A stretch of DNA of 64,000 bases from Tubiluchus corallicola (taxonomy: Eukaryota; Animalia; Priapulida). Below, piece by piece: positions 41,496 through 54,149 of the stretch. The stretch lies in assembly GCA_030141605.1 (NCBI GenBank), contig JAQGDQ010000016.1, forward strand, positions 746,282 through 810,281, in the 5' to 3' direction. The translations under genes and the position numbers were made by a program. Below the pieces are notes generated by a model. The model was not told the origin of the DNA, did no database searches, and saw nothing but the letters and a program-made list of their open reading frames with translations. The number at the start of each line of letters is the position of its first letter. Positions within the stretch are counted from its first letter, which is position 1.

Positions 41496-42499
41496 TGTTT
41501 TTCAATTGTACTATCAAAGTTTAATTAATTGTGTGTTTGTATCGTCATTAATAATTATATTGACATTACGATTAGAGGACTAATTAATTTGACATCAACA
41601 AAAGTTTAAAAACGATTGTGTAGCAGCACTGAATTATCAAATGACACAGTTAATAAAAGTTTTAGAAATGAACTACATTAGAAATGAAAAAATTTAAAAG
41701 ATCAGAAGGTCAGAAGGAAAACTTATTTTCAGCGTAGCGCCGAGATTGCTAATTAACTTCATAATACCGAAAATTCAACAAAAAATTAAATTGCACTTTG
41801 AAAGAAATAAAAGGAATGTTTCAGCCCACTACTGTGTATTATTTTTAGGTGAATTACCAACTAAAAATTAGGTTTTAGGATTTTATTATAGTTGACAGCA
41901 GTTACGAGTTCAGAAGATACAGCCAGAATAAGTGCAATAAGAAAGCACAAAATATCACCAAAACACGCATTGCGCGATCAGAATGATAAACCCGCTATAC
42001 TAAAAGTTATCACGAGTAGACAACCGTAGTGTTGTTTAATACTTTATTATTATATTTCTTTTAATGCGTTTTTAAACTCCTTATTGTTAAAAGTCAAAAA
42101 TCAGCAAGAAATAAGTCATGACACAATTCCCATTGCGAACTGATCATGGGTTGTACCCCAGTTCAATTGTGGCCCAATAACGACAATACTGGATATTAAA
42201 ATGTTTTTACTCAAAATCGAAAGCTCATTCTTACAGTTTTTCTGGGGGTTTTGTCTGTGCTTTCTGGTTTCTTCTATATAGTGGGTGCAACTGTCTTTTC
42301 CTGACACACATTACAGCCTTACACACATTGCAAAGAGCGGGATTTTCTTCTTTTTCCTTTCTTACTGCAGCATTTTCTGTTCATCGTTCCCGGCCCCTTT
42401 CTTGCCATTGAGAATTATATCCATGTATCGCAAACACAGATCCGACTGTGTTTTGGGACAGTATTGCAAAAATTGTCGACGAACATAAAACTAATAACT

Positions 42500-42790
42500 A
42501 GCAGATTGATCCGAGTGATTGGCTAGAATATTTTCGTAATCTCATAAAGAAACGTAAATTGAAACCCCCAAACTCAATATAAAATTCGAGAGACTCTTAA
42601 CAGTAATTGATTCTCATTCGTTCCGTAACTTAGACTATATAACAGTCTATAGACTATAGACTAACAGAAACAGAAAATAAAGATTCTAAAAAAAGATAAA
42701 TTTAAAAAACTAACAAAAGTTGTATGATTCTGCATTTATTTTAAACGAGATGTTTCAAATATGTATATCATTATTATCACAGTTTGTACA
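42500..42790 (+). pseudogene. Decayed LINE ORF2 fragment (region upstream of the RT core)
   Basis: Peptides IDPSDWLEYFRNL, LDY..LTETE, KTNKSC and ILNEMF resemble W..YF..L / LD..IT..E / K.NKS.G.D.ILNEM of LINE ORF2. Confidence 0.45.
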
Positions 42791-44445
42791 CAATTTTATT
42801 CATGCGCACGAAATTATTAGTTTGTGTAGCAAAATAGTGTGCTTGTACACCCAATAGCTAAACATGATTTTCTCGGAAGCGTGGACAAGCGTGAAACAAG
42901 ACCCCAACCGTTTCGGAAGCGTGGCAGTTCCCAGTTGTTTTTTGTTTAAGTATTTTTTTAGAATTCCAAATACTCAAGCAAATTATTATTATAATTGGCA
43001 CGAAAGAAATGTGAAAATCTTCATCTTTAAAACGAATTTAATGTAAGATGCCACTCATTCACAATTTTCTGCTACAAAACAAATGCCTATTGCTTTAGTG
43101 AAGCGGAGGACTGGTTAACTTTTTGCTTGCGATTTACTAATAATTAAGAACGATTTTAATCAGATATGTGAAATACAGACCTATTTTATGAGGCCATATG
43201 CTTTTTCGTTATGCCCGAAAACAGTATTAAATCATGCCGAGGAAAAAACTAGTTTGATAAGGTAAATTTATGACATTTGAATGGCATGACGCATACGTTA
43301 GCTTCTGTTTTCGTATAGTTTCGTAAGTTTTATTTCGTTGTTGTATATCTGCAGGTTTAAATGTTACTAATTCTAACATTCTTGGCAATATTCAAATTTA
43401 TTACTCTGTAGTCTGCAAGCCAGGATCCAGCATACAATGCCTATAATAATAATTCGACGATGATTGTCGGTAAACGATTTTCAATAAAAACATAAAAAAG
43501 TATTTTAGAAATATTTTCTTTTATCACGCTGTGCTGAATTAAATCAGCGTAACAGCTGACAAATTAGTTGTTTTTTAGAGAAACAAAACAATTAGAATTA
43601 GAGGCTTGCTAGTCGCTCCCTGAAGTGCAATGGTAATTTATTTATACAAGGCAATTACTCGAGCGAAAACATTCCACCGAAGAACTTAATCAAGTCGAAA
43701 AGCCCAGTGTAGACCTAATTTAATAGTCACAAAAGACGTTTTTGCAAGTGGGTTTTAATTAAAGGAATCTTCCTGACTGAAAGTCTTGCACAAGTTTTCA
43801 TTGTTCCAATGTTATTGATTTATCAGGTCATGAAGTTGGCTCTCCCTCCTTCCCTTTAATATTTAATTCCGTTTTGCTCGCGAAACTTCGCTTGATACTA
43901 CTAGTTCTTTATTAGTTACCTGCTCAAATTAGCTTTGCCAAATTTTGTTGAAGAGACCTGTACTTGTGATCCATAAGTTTGTAGCTTAACTCTTGTCACA
44001 AGCACACACATTGACCTCTTAACCCAAATAGTTAAATTATTTTATAGGTGCTATTCGTACTCTAGACTTCCCAGAATGTAAAACTATTTTGCTTAGCGAA
44101 ATAAGCTTTCAACTGCGCTAATAATGTTTGTAAAAATGCCTAAAAATGGCGCAACTTTTCTCCCCCCCCCCGAATTTTTCAGTTGTTCTAAATCTAATTA
44201 ACAAATAAGCCTTTTCTGGAACGTGTCTATAGTTTACCGTAATTTATTCCATCTCCATTTTAAGCAATATACATAATTAAAATCAGTACAAAAGTACATT
44301 GGCTTCATTATTCCGGGATGCAGGGACGTCGGAAGTCGTGGCTTGTAAGCTCGTCCTGATAGAGGGATTATGTTTGGGGCGAGATTTGGATGAAGGATTA
44401 ATACAATTAAAGACCGTATAATATATACCAAATATGGATTCGAGT

Positions 44446-44655
44446 CAAAGCTTCTAAAGGCGGTCATATCACAATCAAAAGAGGAAGAAGGAATCTTGCG
44501 CCAATAAATTTGCACATTTCATTTTAAAAACTTCTTGTATGTCATATCCTACGTCATAGGTAACACGAGGCTTTTAAAACGAAATGTTCAGATTTATGGG
44601 CGCAAGATTCCTCCTTCCTCTTTTGATTGTGATATGACCGCCTTTAGAAGCTTTG
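44446..44655. mobile_element. 210-bp near-perfect palindrome (MITE-like hairpin)
   Basis: caaagcttctaaaggcggtcatatcacaatcaaaagaggaag is perfectly mirrored at the right end, and pairing continues with few mismatches toward the centre. Confidence 0.9.
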
Positions 44656-45871
44656 TTCTTTGCTCCCTGTCTGCCCTGCCCTAGTCTTCCCTGCGACTGG
44701 TCACTTCTATTCACTTCTCTTTCTCTCTCCTCTCCTCTCCCCCTCTGTCCATCCTCTCTCCTCGTCTCATCTCCACCCTTCTGCTATCCTCTTTTCTGCA
44801 CTCCACTCCACATTACTCTACTCTCTTCCACTTCACTCTACACCTCATGAATGCGGAAATTTTGAAAAACAAACAGAGATTTCTGCTTCTTATGTGCCTG
44901 CTTCTTACATGACTTTACAAAATTCACAGCAATCGAACGATCTCTCGTATATCAAACGTCAAAATTTGAACGTCCTAGAAAAGCTAGTAGAAAAAGTCAA
45001 GGTGAAGTGTCTCTTGTCATATTTTTTCTGCTGTCAAGTTGGAATCTCGAAACACATTAGTCTGTGCTCTCCGCAGAATTAGCAGACTCTTCACCTTGAC
45101 CATTTCATGTCTTCAAGCAACGGCTTCAATATTTTACTTTGTTTGTGTAAAAATCACTTTCACTTTAAGAAGTTGTGCTTTATGTGTTAGATCATAATCG
45201 CTTTTTAATACTTTTTTCAACAAACCTGTTGAGAGTGTGACATATTATGTATGACACTTTTATTGTAGAGCCATCAATCACATTTGGTGATAGTGGATTT
45301 GGTGGCTGATCGTTGGTCACTGCTGGTCACAGTGGTAGTGACGTCAGTGGCAGTGATGATGTGATGGCAGTAGCAGTGGCGGTGACGCTGGCGCTTGCGG
45401 TACTAACGACCATCACGACCATGAATTGTGTTGTACCTTTAACGTGTCAACAAAGCAGCGTCTAATGCAAAATTATCTATTGCTATAGCTATTGCCTTAT
45501 ATCGTCCTATCCATTGAATATGTTACTATGTAATTACTACAGTTTACGCACCTTTGTTTCTTGTGAAGGCACGAGAGCACTGAACACCGTGGATCAAGCC
45601 GTAACGTAACTTAACATTTTTACGCACATAAGCAACGTTAATCATGAAGCTGGCTCAAAATAAAAAGCAAGTATAAAAAAACAATGCATATTATCTATGA
45701 TTATCTATTAACTATGTAAGCGTTAACTGTTTACTGACAACTTCTTTGAATGTCAAAATGGAGTGACCCATCGCAACAAAATAACTGTAACATTAGAGAA
45801 AATAATGAATGCATGACATTTTCGTAACAAATGTTAAAAACGCAAGCGTTAAAAACATATATACCATGGTG

Positions 45872-46000
45872 GCGATGACGATCATGATGATGATCATGAT
45901 GATGATGATGATGATGATAATGGTGGTAGTGATGATGATGAAGAAGAAGAAGAAGATGATGATGATGATGATCATGATGATCATGATGATGATCATGATA
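45872..46000. repeat. (GAT)n/(GAA)n microsatellite
   Basis: Directly visible. Confidence 0.95.
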
Positions 46001-47689
46001 ACGTAAATAATATAAGCCACAATGCAAATTACACGGTTACAATAATTTCGACGACAATTATCACAACTGTGATGACTGGCAGCGACGATGATGATATTGA
46101 TAGCATAATTGATATTGATGATGATTACACAGTGTCCTTTCGGATTAGTCAGTTATTTAAGAATAAAGTAAAAGCTGCGAGATGACAAAATTAGATTTCA
46201 TACCACATTTCTTTGCTAATGTCTAATGACGTTTTTAGCTTGGAGGCGACTGCAATTCGGCTAGATTAGTGCACGATGTGTTGTCAAAGTAGAGTTCCTA
46301 AGTGACGCATGGACATAGATTTTAACGAACAAGAATTTGGGAAATTTCTAATCTTCGTATCTTGATGACGAATGTTGTTTTATCGCGAAAAATGATTGGT
46401 TAAGGAAACTGTCATCCGCCTCATAATTTTCTGGAAGCCCCGCAAACCCGTGAAAAAACCTTTCTGTTGAGGCTTCATATCTTCTATTATCCTGTCAGAG
46501 TTTACTCTGCTGAGATAAGACTGCACGTTACTAGCTTACTGCACACATATTGTTATACGCATTAACATCCGTTAGCGTTTTCGTCCGTAGTAGGATAATT
46601 GACACGATAATGTAACCAAGCATCAAGCGCGTATAAATAGTTGATTTTGTGAAAGCTGAGCTCTGCATTTTTCTCATAATAAATTGTTATTTTGCTAGCT
46701 GCTGCTCTGAGATATGCCAACATTGGCATACATCATCGTAATGAACGCGCGTCGTTCACCTAATTAATTTATAGCAGCTCTTAGTCGCCCGTTTAATTAA
46801 TTTCTGAAAATTAGTAAAGTTCTGCAGCATATGCCAAATGAAAAAAGGACAATGTCAGTATGTAAATCCATAACGTGCATGCTAATTAAACTTGGTTTTT
46901 GTTCATTTCATTTTCTCATTATGCTGGTGTTTACGGCAAAATGTTTACGCTAGCTCGAATATTGTAACAATAATCTTACTATGTGGAACGTCGTGAAGAC
47001 AACTCTTTTATCTTCAAGAAATGAAATGTCATTTTTTCTACAGTCTTCTTACTATCCCACAATTGTGTTGCCCGATTAGAATAACTTATCGAAATAATTA
47101 TTATTTTGCGCCACAGCAAAATTTTCGACTTAATATAATACCTTGTAGATACTTTATATGACACTGCGAAGATTTTTCTTGCCCAAATTTCATGTAATCT
47201 AAGTTGTGCAAAATGATGAAAACTAAATATAAAAATTACTATCAATTAGAAAATTTCTAATCAAATGCCAAATGTTATTACAAATAACAAGAACTATAGT
47301 TTGCTACTAGCGTTGTAAACTAAGTTAAAAATTTTTACATCAATAAGATAAAACACTGGACATATCGATATACAATGCAGACCTAAAGTCAAAAAGATTG
47401 AAAATTGCAGACAAACTTACACAAGCTTGGTCAAATTTCGCTAAACTTCCACAATCTCCCTTTGTGGGAGAGGCTCACAATTTATGGGCTCCAGTAGCAC
47501 TAGTTGGCCAAAACAAAAAAACCTTTGAATTGGAGGCCCAGAAAATCTTAAAGAGCTACCAGAAAATTTGAAACCACGTAAATACGAGATGATTTAATTG
47601 TAATCAGCCAGAATTAATAAGCTTTAAGTTTATATTAAAGAACAAATTGACTTGCAGTAAATTTATTGCAGAAAAAGGTGAGGCTGAAA

Positions 47690-47767
47690 CATTGTAAATT
47701 TATCAGGATTTGAACCAAAGACCAGTCGATTTCACAAACTTGCTCTAACCATTTGAGTTATGTACCC
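47690..47767 (-). repeat. tRNA-like head (SINE fragment or tRNA pseudogene)
   Basis: Reverse complement GGGTACATAACTCAAATGGTTAGAGCA...GGTTCAAATCC has an A-box and a B-box at tRNA spacing. Acceptor and anticodon stems do not pair well. Confidence 0.6.
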
Positions 47768-48594
47768 ACATAATAGGCCTGGACTCTGATCCCTTTAGCA
47801 GACACAATCCAAAACCAATGCTGCACAACCTACAGCGCAACCCTGCACAAAACAGAGATCGGTAATCGGCGGTTAGCCGCGCCATCAGGGCTAAGCCTCA
47901 CAAACTCTTGTTCCCTGACAGCGTCTGCGTGCAGAACAATTATAAACATATGGAAAAACAAGAGAAAACGACTGAACGCTTAGTAACGATTTATCACTTA
48001 TTCCAGAAAATGTAGCACTGTTATATATACATGACAACAAAAAATTGTCTAGCAAATCATCAAATCAGCAGGAAAATTTACGTAGTTACTGGACGAATAA
48101 AATGCTGGCCTTCAATGAAAAAGTCTACTTCGCACAAACTTGTTGTAAAAGTAAAATTCTAGATCTTTTTACTCATATTGCAATAAAATTATTTTCTGTT
48201 GTCTATAGGAAAAAGTTAAATATGAAAAAACAATTCATTTTTTTTATTATGCAACCTGATACCTTCAACGAAAACTTTGCTTAATGATACATAGTACAGC
48301 AAATCTGAATCTTAGCTAATGAGAAAGAGGTTTCAGTTATTTCTATTTATATATAGGTATCAAGATATATATATATATATAAAACGACTTAAGCATGACT
48401 AATCTAAGAGACTTATGCCTACGTATAAGCACTAATATACGTTGGATTTTAAACAACCCAGGCTTAACTTTGTAAATACTAATTAAGAGGGCCTACTAAC
48501 TATCAACTTTAATAAACATAATCCTATTTTATTCTGTACAACAGTATCTGGCTGCCTCATACTGTGCATTTATCGTGCATGAAAATTGTCAGAA

Positions 48595-48638
<44 letters not shown>

Positions 48639-48863
48639 TATATATTATATTTTTGCATCAAAAAAGTTAAATTTCAAATTTGAAAAATTGAAAGCTAACT
48701 ACCTTGGCTTATATATGCTTACAGTTGTACGGCTTTTATTAATTTTGAAAGGATTCGGTTTCTCGTGTGAATGTTTTGTCTATCTTCTTTGTCTAAGTAA
48801 AAAAATTTAATACAATCCGGCATACACTCACATTCGCAGCATACTTGCTATGTTTAAGTATAA

Positions 48864-49742
48864 CCGGTGCGCGGTAAAATGGCACAAATGAAAAAGTAGG
48901 AAAAATGGCACATGTGGAAAAACAGGAAAAATGGCACATATGTTATTTTGATGCCATTGATTATATATAATAAAACTAGAATGCGCTCTGTAGAAACCAG
49001 ATCTCTGCCAATGTTGAACTTCCCTAAACTTATTTGTCTGATTATTTTGATTAAAAAAATTTTAACACAAAGATAAACAAGCAAAGGTACTAATATGCAC
49101 CTGTATTGGTACTATATAGACTAGGAAAAGACACACAAAATATTTGCTCATTAAAAAATTTATAATCAATAATGCACGAAGGTTCCACGTAATGTTTATC
49201 AACCTTTCTAACCATTAATTTTGGCGATGCTAATAGACTGACAAATATATATATGTACCAAGTCACTTTATAAGGCTATTCACTTTAATAAGCAAGTGTT
49301 GCGGACAGTATTACACAGTTTTACGAGAGAATTTCTTGAAAACGAACTGGAAGTAACTCGAAGGAGTTGTTTGTCCAGGTGGAGATAACAATAAAGAAGT
49401 ATTAAGCACTCCCTCTGAGACATCCGCGAAGTGCTTCACAAATGCTTTTTTGTACGTGGTGTTCGGTCAAGTCTTGCGAAAAAAGAACAGGCGAAAAGAT
49501 TCCCATTTTGGCACCCTATATATCCATTTCTTCATAAAGTTTCTTGGAAACCCGTTAGTTAGTTTTTGTGTAATAGAGTACTGCCATAACAGATAAAAAA
49601 CAAACAAACAAACTGTGTTGAAGCACAACTTCCTTGGCAGAGGTAAAAATAACTAAAATTGTTATTCCCCATTGTGACCCTAACCATAAACACATGTTTT
49701 ACTATGTGAGCCATTTTCACCTGTGCCATTTTTACCTATGTG
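48864..49742. mobile_element. Non-autonomous element with inverted subterminal AAAATGGCACA repeats
   Basis: Three aaaatggcaca units at 48875-48937 and inverted tgtgccatttt-type units at 49705-49735. Confidence 0.55.
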
Positions 49743-50149
49743 CTGTTTGTAGTAAGTTTTGCGGCAACTGGGAGCAACTAGTCAGCTAAACAGTCTGATT
49801 GGTCATTGCGAGGCGGACCTCTGCAGGTTGACTGGGGGTTCCCCATCACTCTATTGTGTGTTACCTTCAGTAAATTAATTAATCAATCAGCTGGTAACTC
49901 CTTCAAAGAGATATTTAATTGCGATTAGCACATCTCTGAGTGAGTTAATTGCTTGCTAATTAATTAATGAACTTATTCTTTTATTCTTCTTCATTTTCCG
50001 ATGAAAACTCAGAAATGTGGTGAAAACGTGAAATTACTTAGTTCCTGCCCGCCGCCTATACGCAGGGCAATGCCTTTGTTGCGCTACTGCATAGCACAGC
50101 TTTATTCATTATTGCAGCATCAGTATTTTCAGCACGCAACAGCTTGTAA

Positions 50150-50300
50150 ACTGCTGCTTGCCAGGGTAGTGGTTTCCTCCGGTGGCTTCCCTCGGTAGAC
50201 GTATTTCATGCATCCGGTTGTGCGCGCACGTGCCGTCGCCTCTTAAAGACTGCTGATTATTAATTTACGCACTTGCACTAATCGAGAGGCAAGACAAGAC
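50150..50300 (+). promoter_or_regulatory. Candidate internal (alternative) promoter
   Basis: CpG-rich patch ccggttgtgcgcgCACGTGccgtcgcc (contains an E-box), ~0.85 kb upstream of the ATG at 51076. Confidence 0.35.
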
Positions 50301-51075
50301 AATGTTGAGCGATGCAAAGTGCTAACTCTTGAATTTATCCGTGAAACGACTACGGTCCTAGGAAGTCGATTTGTGTGGGGATAATGTGCGATTTTGGCAC
50401 AAGAACTAAGTTTGTAGGAAAACTATTTAATGAAAAGTTTTCGCAACGAAATAATTTAAAATATCGCATCTTCATATCCTTGATCACGTTTTCGTGCAAA
50501 GTTGTTTTCTGTGTTGCTTTCCTCGCTCACGAGGTACATTGCGTAAAAATTTAAAAAGGAATTTAAAAGAACTGCAACATACCGGTGTATTTCTTGACAT
50601 GATGCTGCATCTCAGAGCAGAAATCTACTAATCTATCGTAGGCAAATTTCGTTAGATGTTTCTGTGATGTTGCCTAAAAACATATTTCAAAATAAGCAAT
50701 AAAGGACGTCGCTAGTGGAACAACCTGCGCATATCCAAATGCTCAGAAGACGAATGCACTGCTGACGTATAGAGTTTATAACTTATAAGTTAATAGTGCA
50801 AAAATGTTCTTGTTTTATACACTGAGTGTAGTATTCTGATTTTTAGATGTTTAATTCTTAAGTTTATCGACAAAACGTTCTGCAGAAGTTTGCACAAAGA
50901 CTGAGGTTACAATCGAGGGCATAACTATAACCTACGTCGTGAAAAGCGCTTGATAAAAAATTTACTTTATAAAGCGCTTAAAACATATCATTTGTGCGGT
51001 GAACTATGATAAAGCACTTTGCAGGCGCCATTTGCCAACACACCTTCAACTATTCTTGAAAACTTTTAAGGAGAC

Positions 51076-51578
51076 ATGGCGGATGACGCGGCAGCTTTGG
51101 AAAGTGTTAAACATGACAAGGGCACCAAACTCGGAAGGTCGGCTTCTGTAAGAGTTCCGAAACCGGCTTTTTCTCGTACACAGTCCCTTCCTGCTGGTTC
51201 GCCATCCGGTCAGCTAAGGAGGTCGTACAGTGTAAGGTCGACTGGAACAATGTCGACTCCACAAAGTCCTATTTCGCGGACGTTAGCAAAGCGGAGGGCC
51301 TTCCTGCGAAGTAGATGGAATGCGCTCTTGGAAGACGAGCTACTTGACGCAATTCAAGAACAACAGCTACAAGGAGGTCATTCCAAACAACTATCGCCTC
51401 TGGGACTTAGCCCTCCAAGAACCCCCATGCGGGCATCCTCAGTTCCAGAACAGCCTTCTATACCAGAGCTTGAAGAGCCGGAAGAACTACAAGATGGACT
51501 TGGTAGCGGCACAAGCGGAAAGGAACCTACATCTCTAAGAAGGCGAAGCCCTAGACCTTGGGCTGCTCCTCGTAGAAA
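51076..51578 (+). CDS. Probable alternative N-terminal coding exon (Ser/Pro/Arg-rich, likely disordered) of the same gene
   Basis: Longest non-repeat ORF in the window. Kozak gacATGG with an in-frame TAA at 51067-51069. GC-rich until the donor AA|GTATGT at 51579, then AT-rich. Phase 2 out, as for exon 33515-33782. Many RxxS motifs. Confidence 0.8.
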
Positions 51579-51794
51579 GTATGTTTTTTCATTCTCCTCT
51601 AAATCCGTTGAAACCTCTGTAACTTTAGCGAAGACGATAGTAGCATCAGCAGACTTTTGACTGCTATGACGATAACTCAGCATGTAGCAGCAGTTACAGT
51701 GATAACAATGTAAATAATAATAATTACACTGACGATAACTGCGATACTTTTAGCCGAATCGATTATTCTAGGTCCTATTTTAATTAGAAAGTTA

Positions 51795-52385
51795 ACCTAA
51801 TTTGTTAGTTATTACTCTGGTGTGATTAAACTAACACTTGACATTCTTGAACATTGATATGGTATTAACATTAAATTAAATCCTTCTTTGATCACATAGA
51901 ACTGTGATATCCACTGGTCATGGTGCTGAACTTGTAATCCAAAGGTTCCTGGTTCAAATCTAGGAACAATTCCGACTTTGTCACATTTTCGTCCTTTTTG
52001 GTCAGGTTTCCCTTAAAAAATTTAATGATTGCAGCTTTATTTGAAGAAGCTAGCTTTAAAGAATATTCACATAATTAAGTTTAAACCTTAAAATTAAGAT
52101 TATAAATAATTGACTAATTACTAAAGTAAAAAATTTAGGCTTTAAATTAATTACAAAAAATAAGCTAATTAGTTAGTAATTACTCTAGTGTAAATAATTA
52201 ACACCTGGAAATACTGATATGGTTGGTGAGCTGTTATAATTGATTTAGCACCGGTCTTGTCCTGGTGGTCTAGCAGTCATAGCGATAGACTTCTAATACA
52301 AAGGCTTCTTGTACAAATCCAGCTTCGCTCCTGACTTTTATATCCATTTCGTTCAGGTTTGTTTTTAAAACTAATAATTGCGAGT
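51795..52385 (+). repeat. Two diverged tandem copies (~370 bp spacing) of a tRNA-derived repeat
   Basis: taatt.gttagt.attactct.gtgt...taacac.tg...tgatatggt recurs at ~51798 and ~52166. Each copy is followed by caaagg...(g/t)gt(t/a)caaatc and ...tcaggttt. Confidence 0.7.
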
Positions 52386-53503
52386 TTATACTTGAGTTTT
52401 GTAACTATAGCTCCTGTTATGATAGTTCTGATATCATTCATTTAGCGGTGACAACAAGACTGGTGGGGCTCGTGTCGGTGAGATAAATAATAATAAATAA
52501 ATGGGTATAAGGCAGGAAAGCACGTTTTCACGGATTTGGTTAGTAATTAGATGCTTGACCAGTGACCATCCTGCAAACTGCTTCTGAGCTGTTTGATATT
52601 CTAAGCTATTTTTCTCTCAAAAACGTCAATGAGATTTCTGTTACATACAGCCTGACGAGCCGTAGGTGAATAAATACTAAGACTTGTCGAGCTTTGTGCG
52701 TAGATTAAATTTGCTTGCTGACTTTATTGTTCCCTCAAGAATAGATGGTGTAAGTTTTACCGGTAAATAAACCGCTACCTGCGACAAGGGACAGCTAATG
52801 CATTCCCGTTTGGTTACTGAGCTGTTTATTACATTTGAAGCATCGCACTGAAGACAACGAGTATGTTAACCTAAATTAGATTAGCTTGGCGCTTTACTAC
52901 TACACGTGTTAAATGATAATGTCGAAACACAAAAAGCTAAACAAAGCTGGCATTATTTTCTTGTTATTACTTCAAAGGTAAAAGCCTCACTGCGACGCGG
53001 CTTTTTCGTCAATTTTCGTGAATTTCCACGGAAAATCTGTAGTACAGTCCATGAACTTTTTATAAATATGGCATAAAATTGAGACAATCTAAATAAACTC
53101 GGGTTGTTGATGCTGACAGCGTGCAGAAAATTTTTTACAGCGTAATTATTTTAGGCAATGTAATTTGTTAAATGACGTGATAAAGACAATCAGTCAGTTG
53201 ATTCATTTGTTAATGCAAAGTTTTGAAGGCAATTTGATCAATCTGCGTTTTTGCAATTTCGTTCATTTTATTTTAATTCATTTTATTTTGCAAAAGTCAT
53301 AAAATCAAAGAATCTGATTAACTAAAACCAGAAAGTTGCCTTTTCTGCAGCAGCGGGCTGTAGTAAAAATTTGCAAACAACCGAGCGTAAGCCGTAAAAA
53401 ATTTCAACTTTCATGTAGCCTAGGTAGATAATCGTTACTACTTTTCTATCTTACACTACAAGAAATATTAACGAATTTTATGGGAACATCATAATAAAAT
53501 AAC

Positions 53504-53700
53504 ATTCTTCTTCAATATCTCATTCCATCTATTGTAGACATTGAGGCATTAACGTCTATTAGAGCATTCCACCCACTTCTATCTGCAGCTAACAGTGAAA
53601 GTTTTTCTCTACTCCTAAAGATTGATTTGGTTGAAGTTGTTAAACATCTTTATTTATCTTACCTATCCAAGTTATTTTTGGTCTGCCAGGTGGCTTTTTT
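53504..53700 (-). mobile_element. 3' end of an RTE-like LINE
   Basis: Minus-strand KKPPGRPKITWIGKINKDV...LAADRSGWNALI matches the RTE ORF C-terminus (GRPK.TW...A.DR..W), followed by a short (GAA)n tail. Confidence 0.75.
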
Positions 53701-53707
53701 GCAAACT

Positions 53708-53997
53708 TTTAAAGGACTAGAAAAGTGGTACCTGAAGTAGATTTGAGAAAAATCGCATTAAAAACTTTACAACAATTTTTTGCGTAGCGTTAAAAGGATT
53801 TTTTGTTTGTTTTCTTTTTAAATCTCCCGCAATACTGTTCCGCCCGCGATATTACATGACGTCGTATACGCGCAATGTAAACCAGGTGAAGAAAGGGCAA
53901 TGTTAAGCTGTGTCACGAAAAACTTTCCATGCAAAGTGATGTTACTTAGCATTTCGCTTACCTGCTTTAAAGACTTATGTAACTAGAAAAGAAAATT
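53708..53997. mobile_element. Dispersed DNA-transposon end, inverted copy of 23969-24263
   Basis: Starts TTAA|AGGACTAGAAAAGTGGTACCTGAAGTAG and abuts the truncated RTE fragment. Confidence 0.8.
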
Positions 53998-54149
53998 GTA
54001 ACAAGACAGATTTGTTAAGAACTGAATGTGATTGTTTTTTTGCTAGTATCTTTGCTGACATTACTAGTTAAGTAGTGCTTCTGCCCTCCCTATATGCAGC
54101 TTGACTTGGTGGAGTGTTGCGATTTAATCTTCATTACCATTAAATTACA

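Noticed and set aside
47701-47767. Functional tRNA gene
   Set aside because: A and B boxes are present, but a cloverleaf cannot be closed. Treated as a tRNA-derived repeat.
51579-51660. C-terminal part of the 194-aa ORF as a single-exon gene
   Set aside because: A canonical GTATGT donor and a composition shift at 51579 indicate intron read-through.
51320-51683. Overlapping + and - ORFs on the exon at 51076 (likewise 33477-33677)
   Set aside because: Shadow ORFs of GC-rich coding sequence.
52645-52680. CTGACGAGCCGTAGGTGAAT hammerhead-like core
   Set aside because: GAAT replaces the required GAAA, and there is no convincing stem III or cleavage site.
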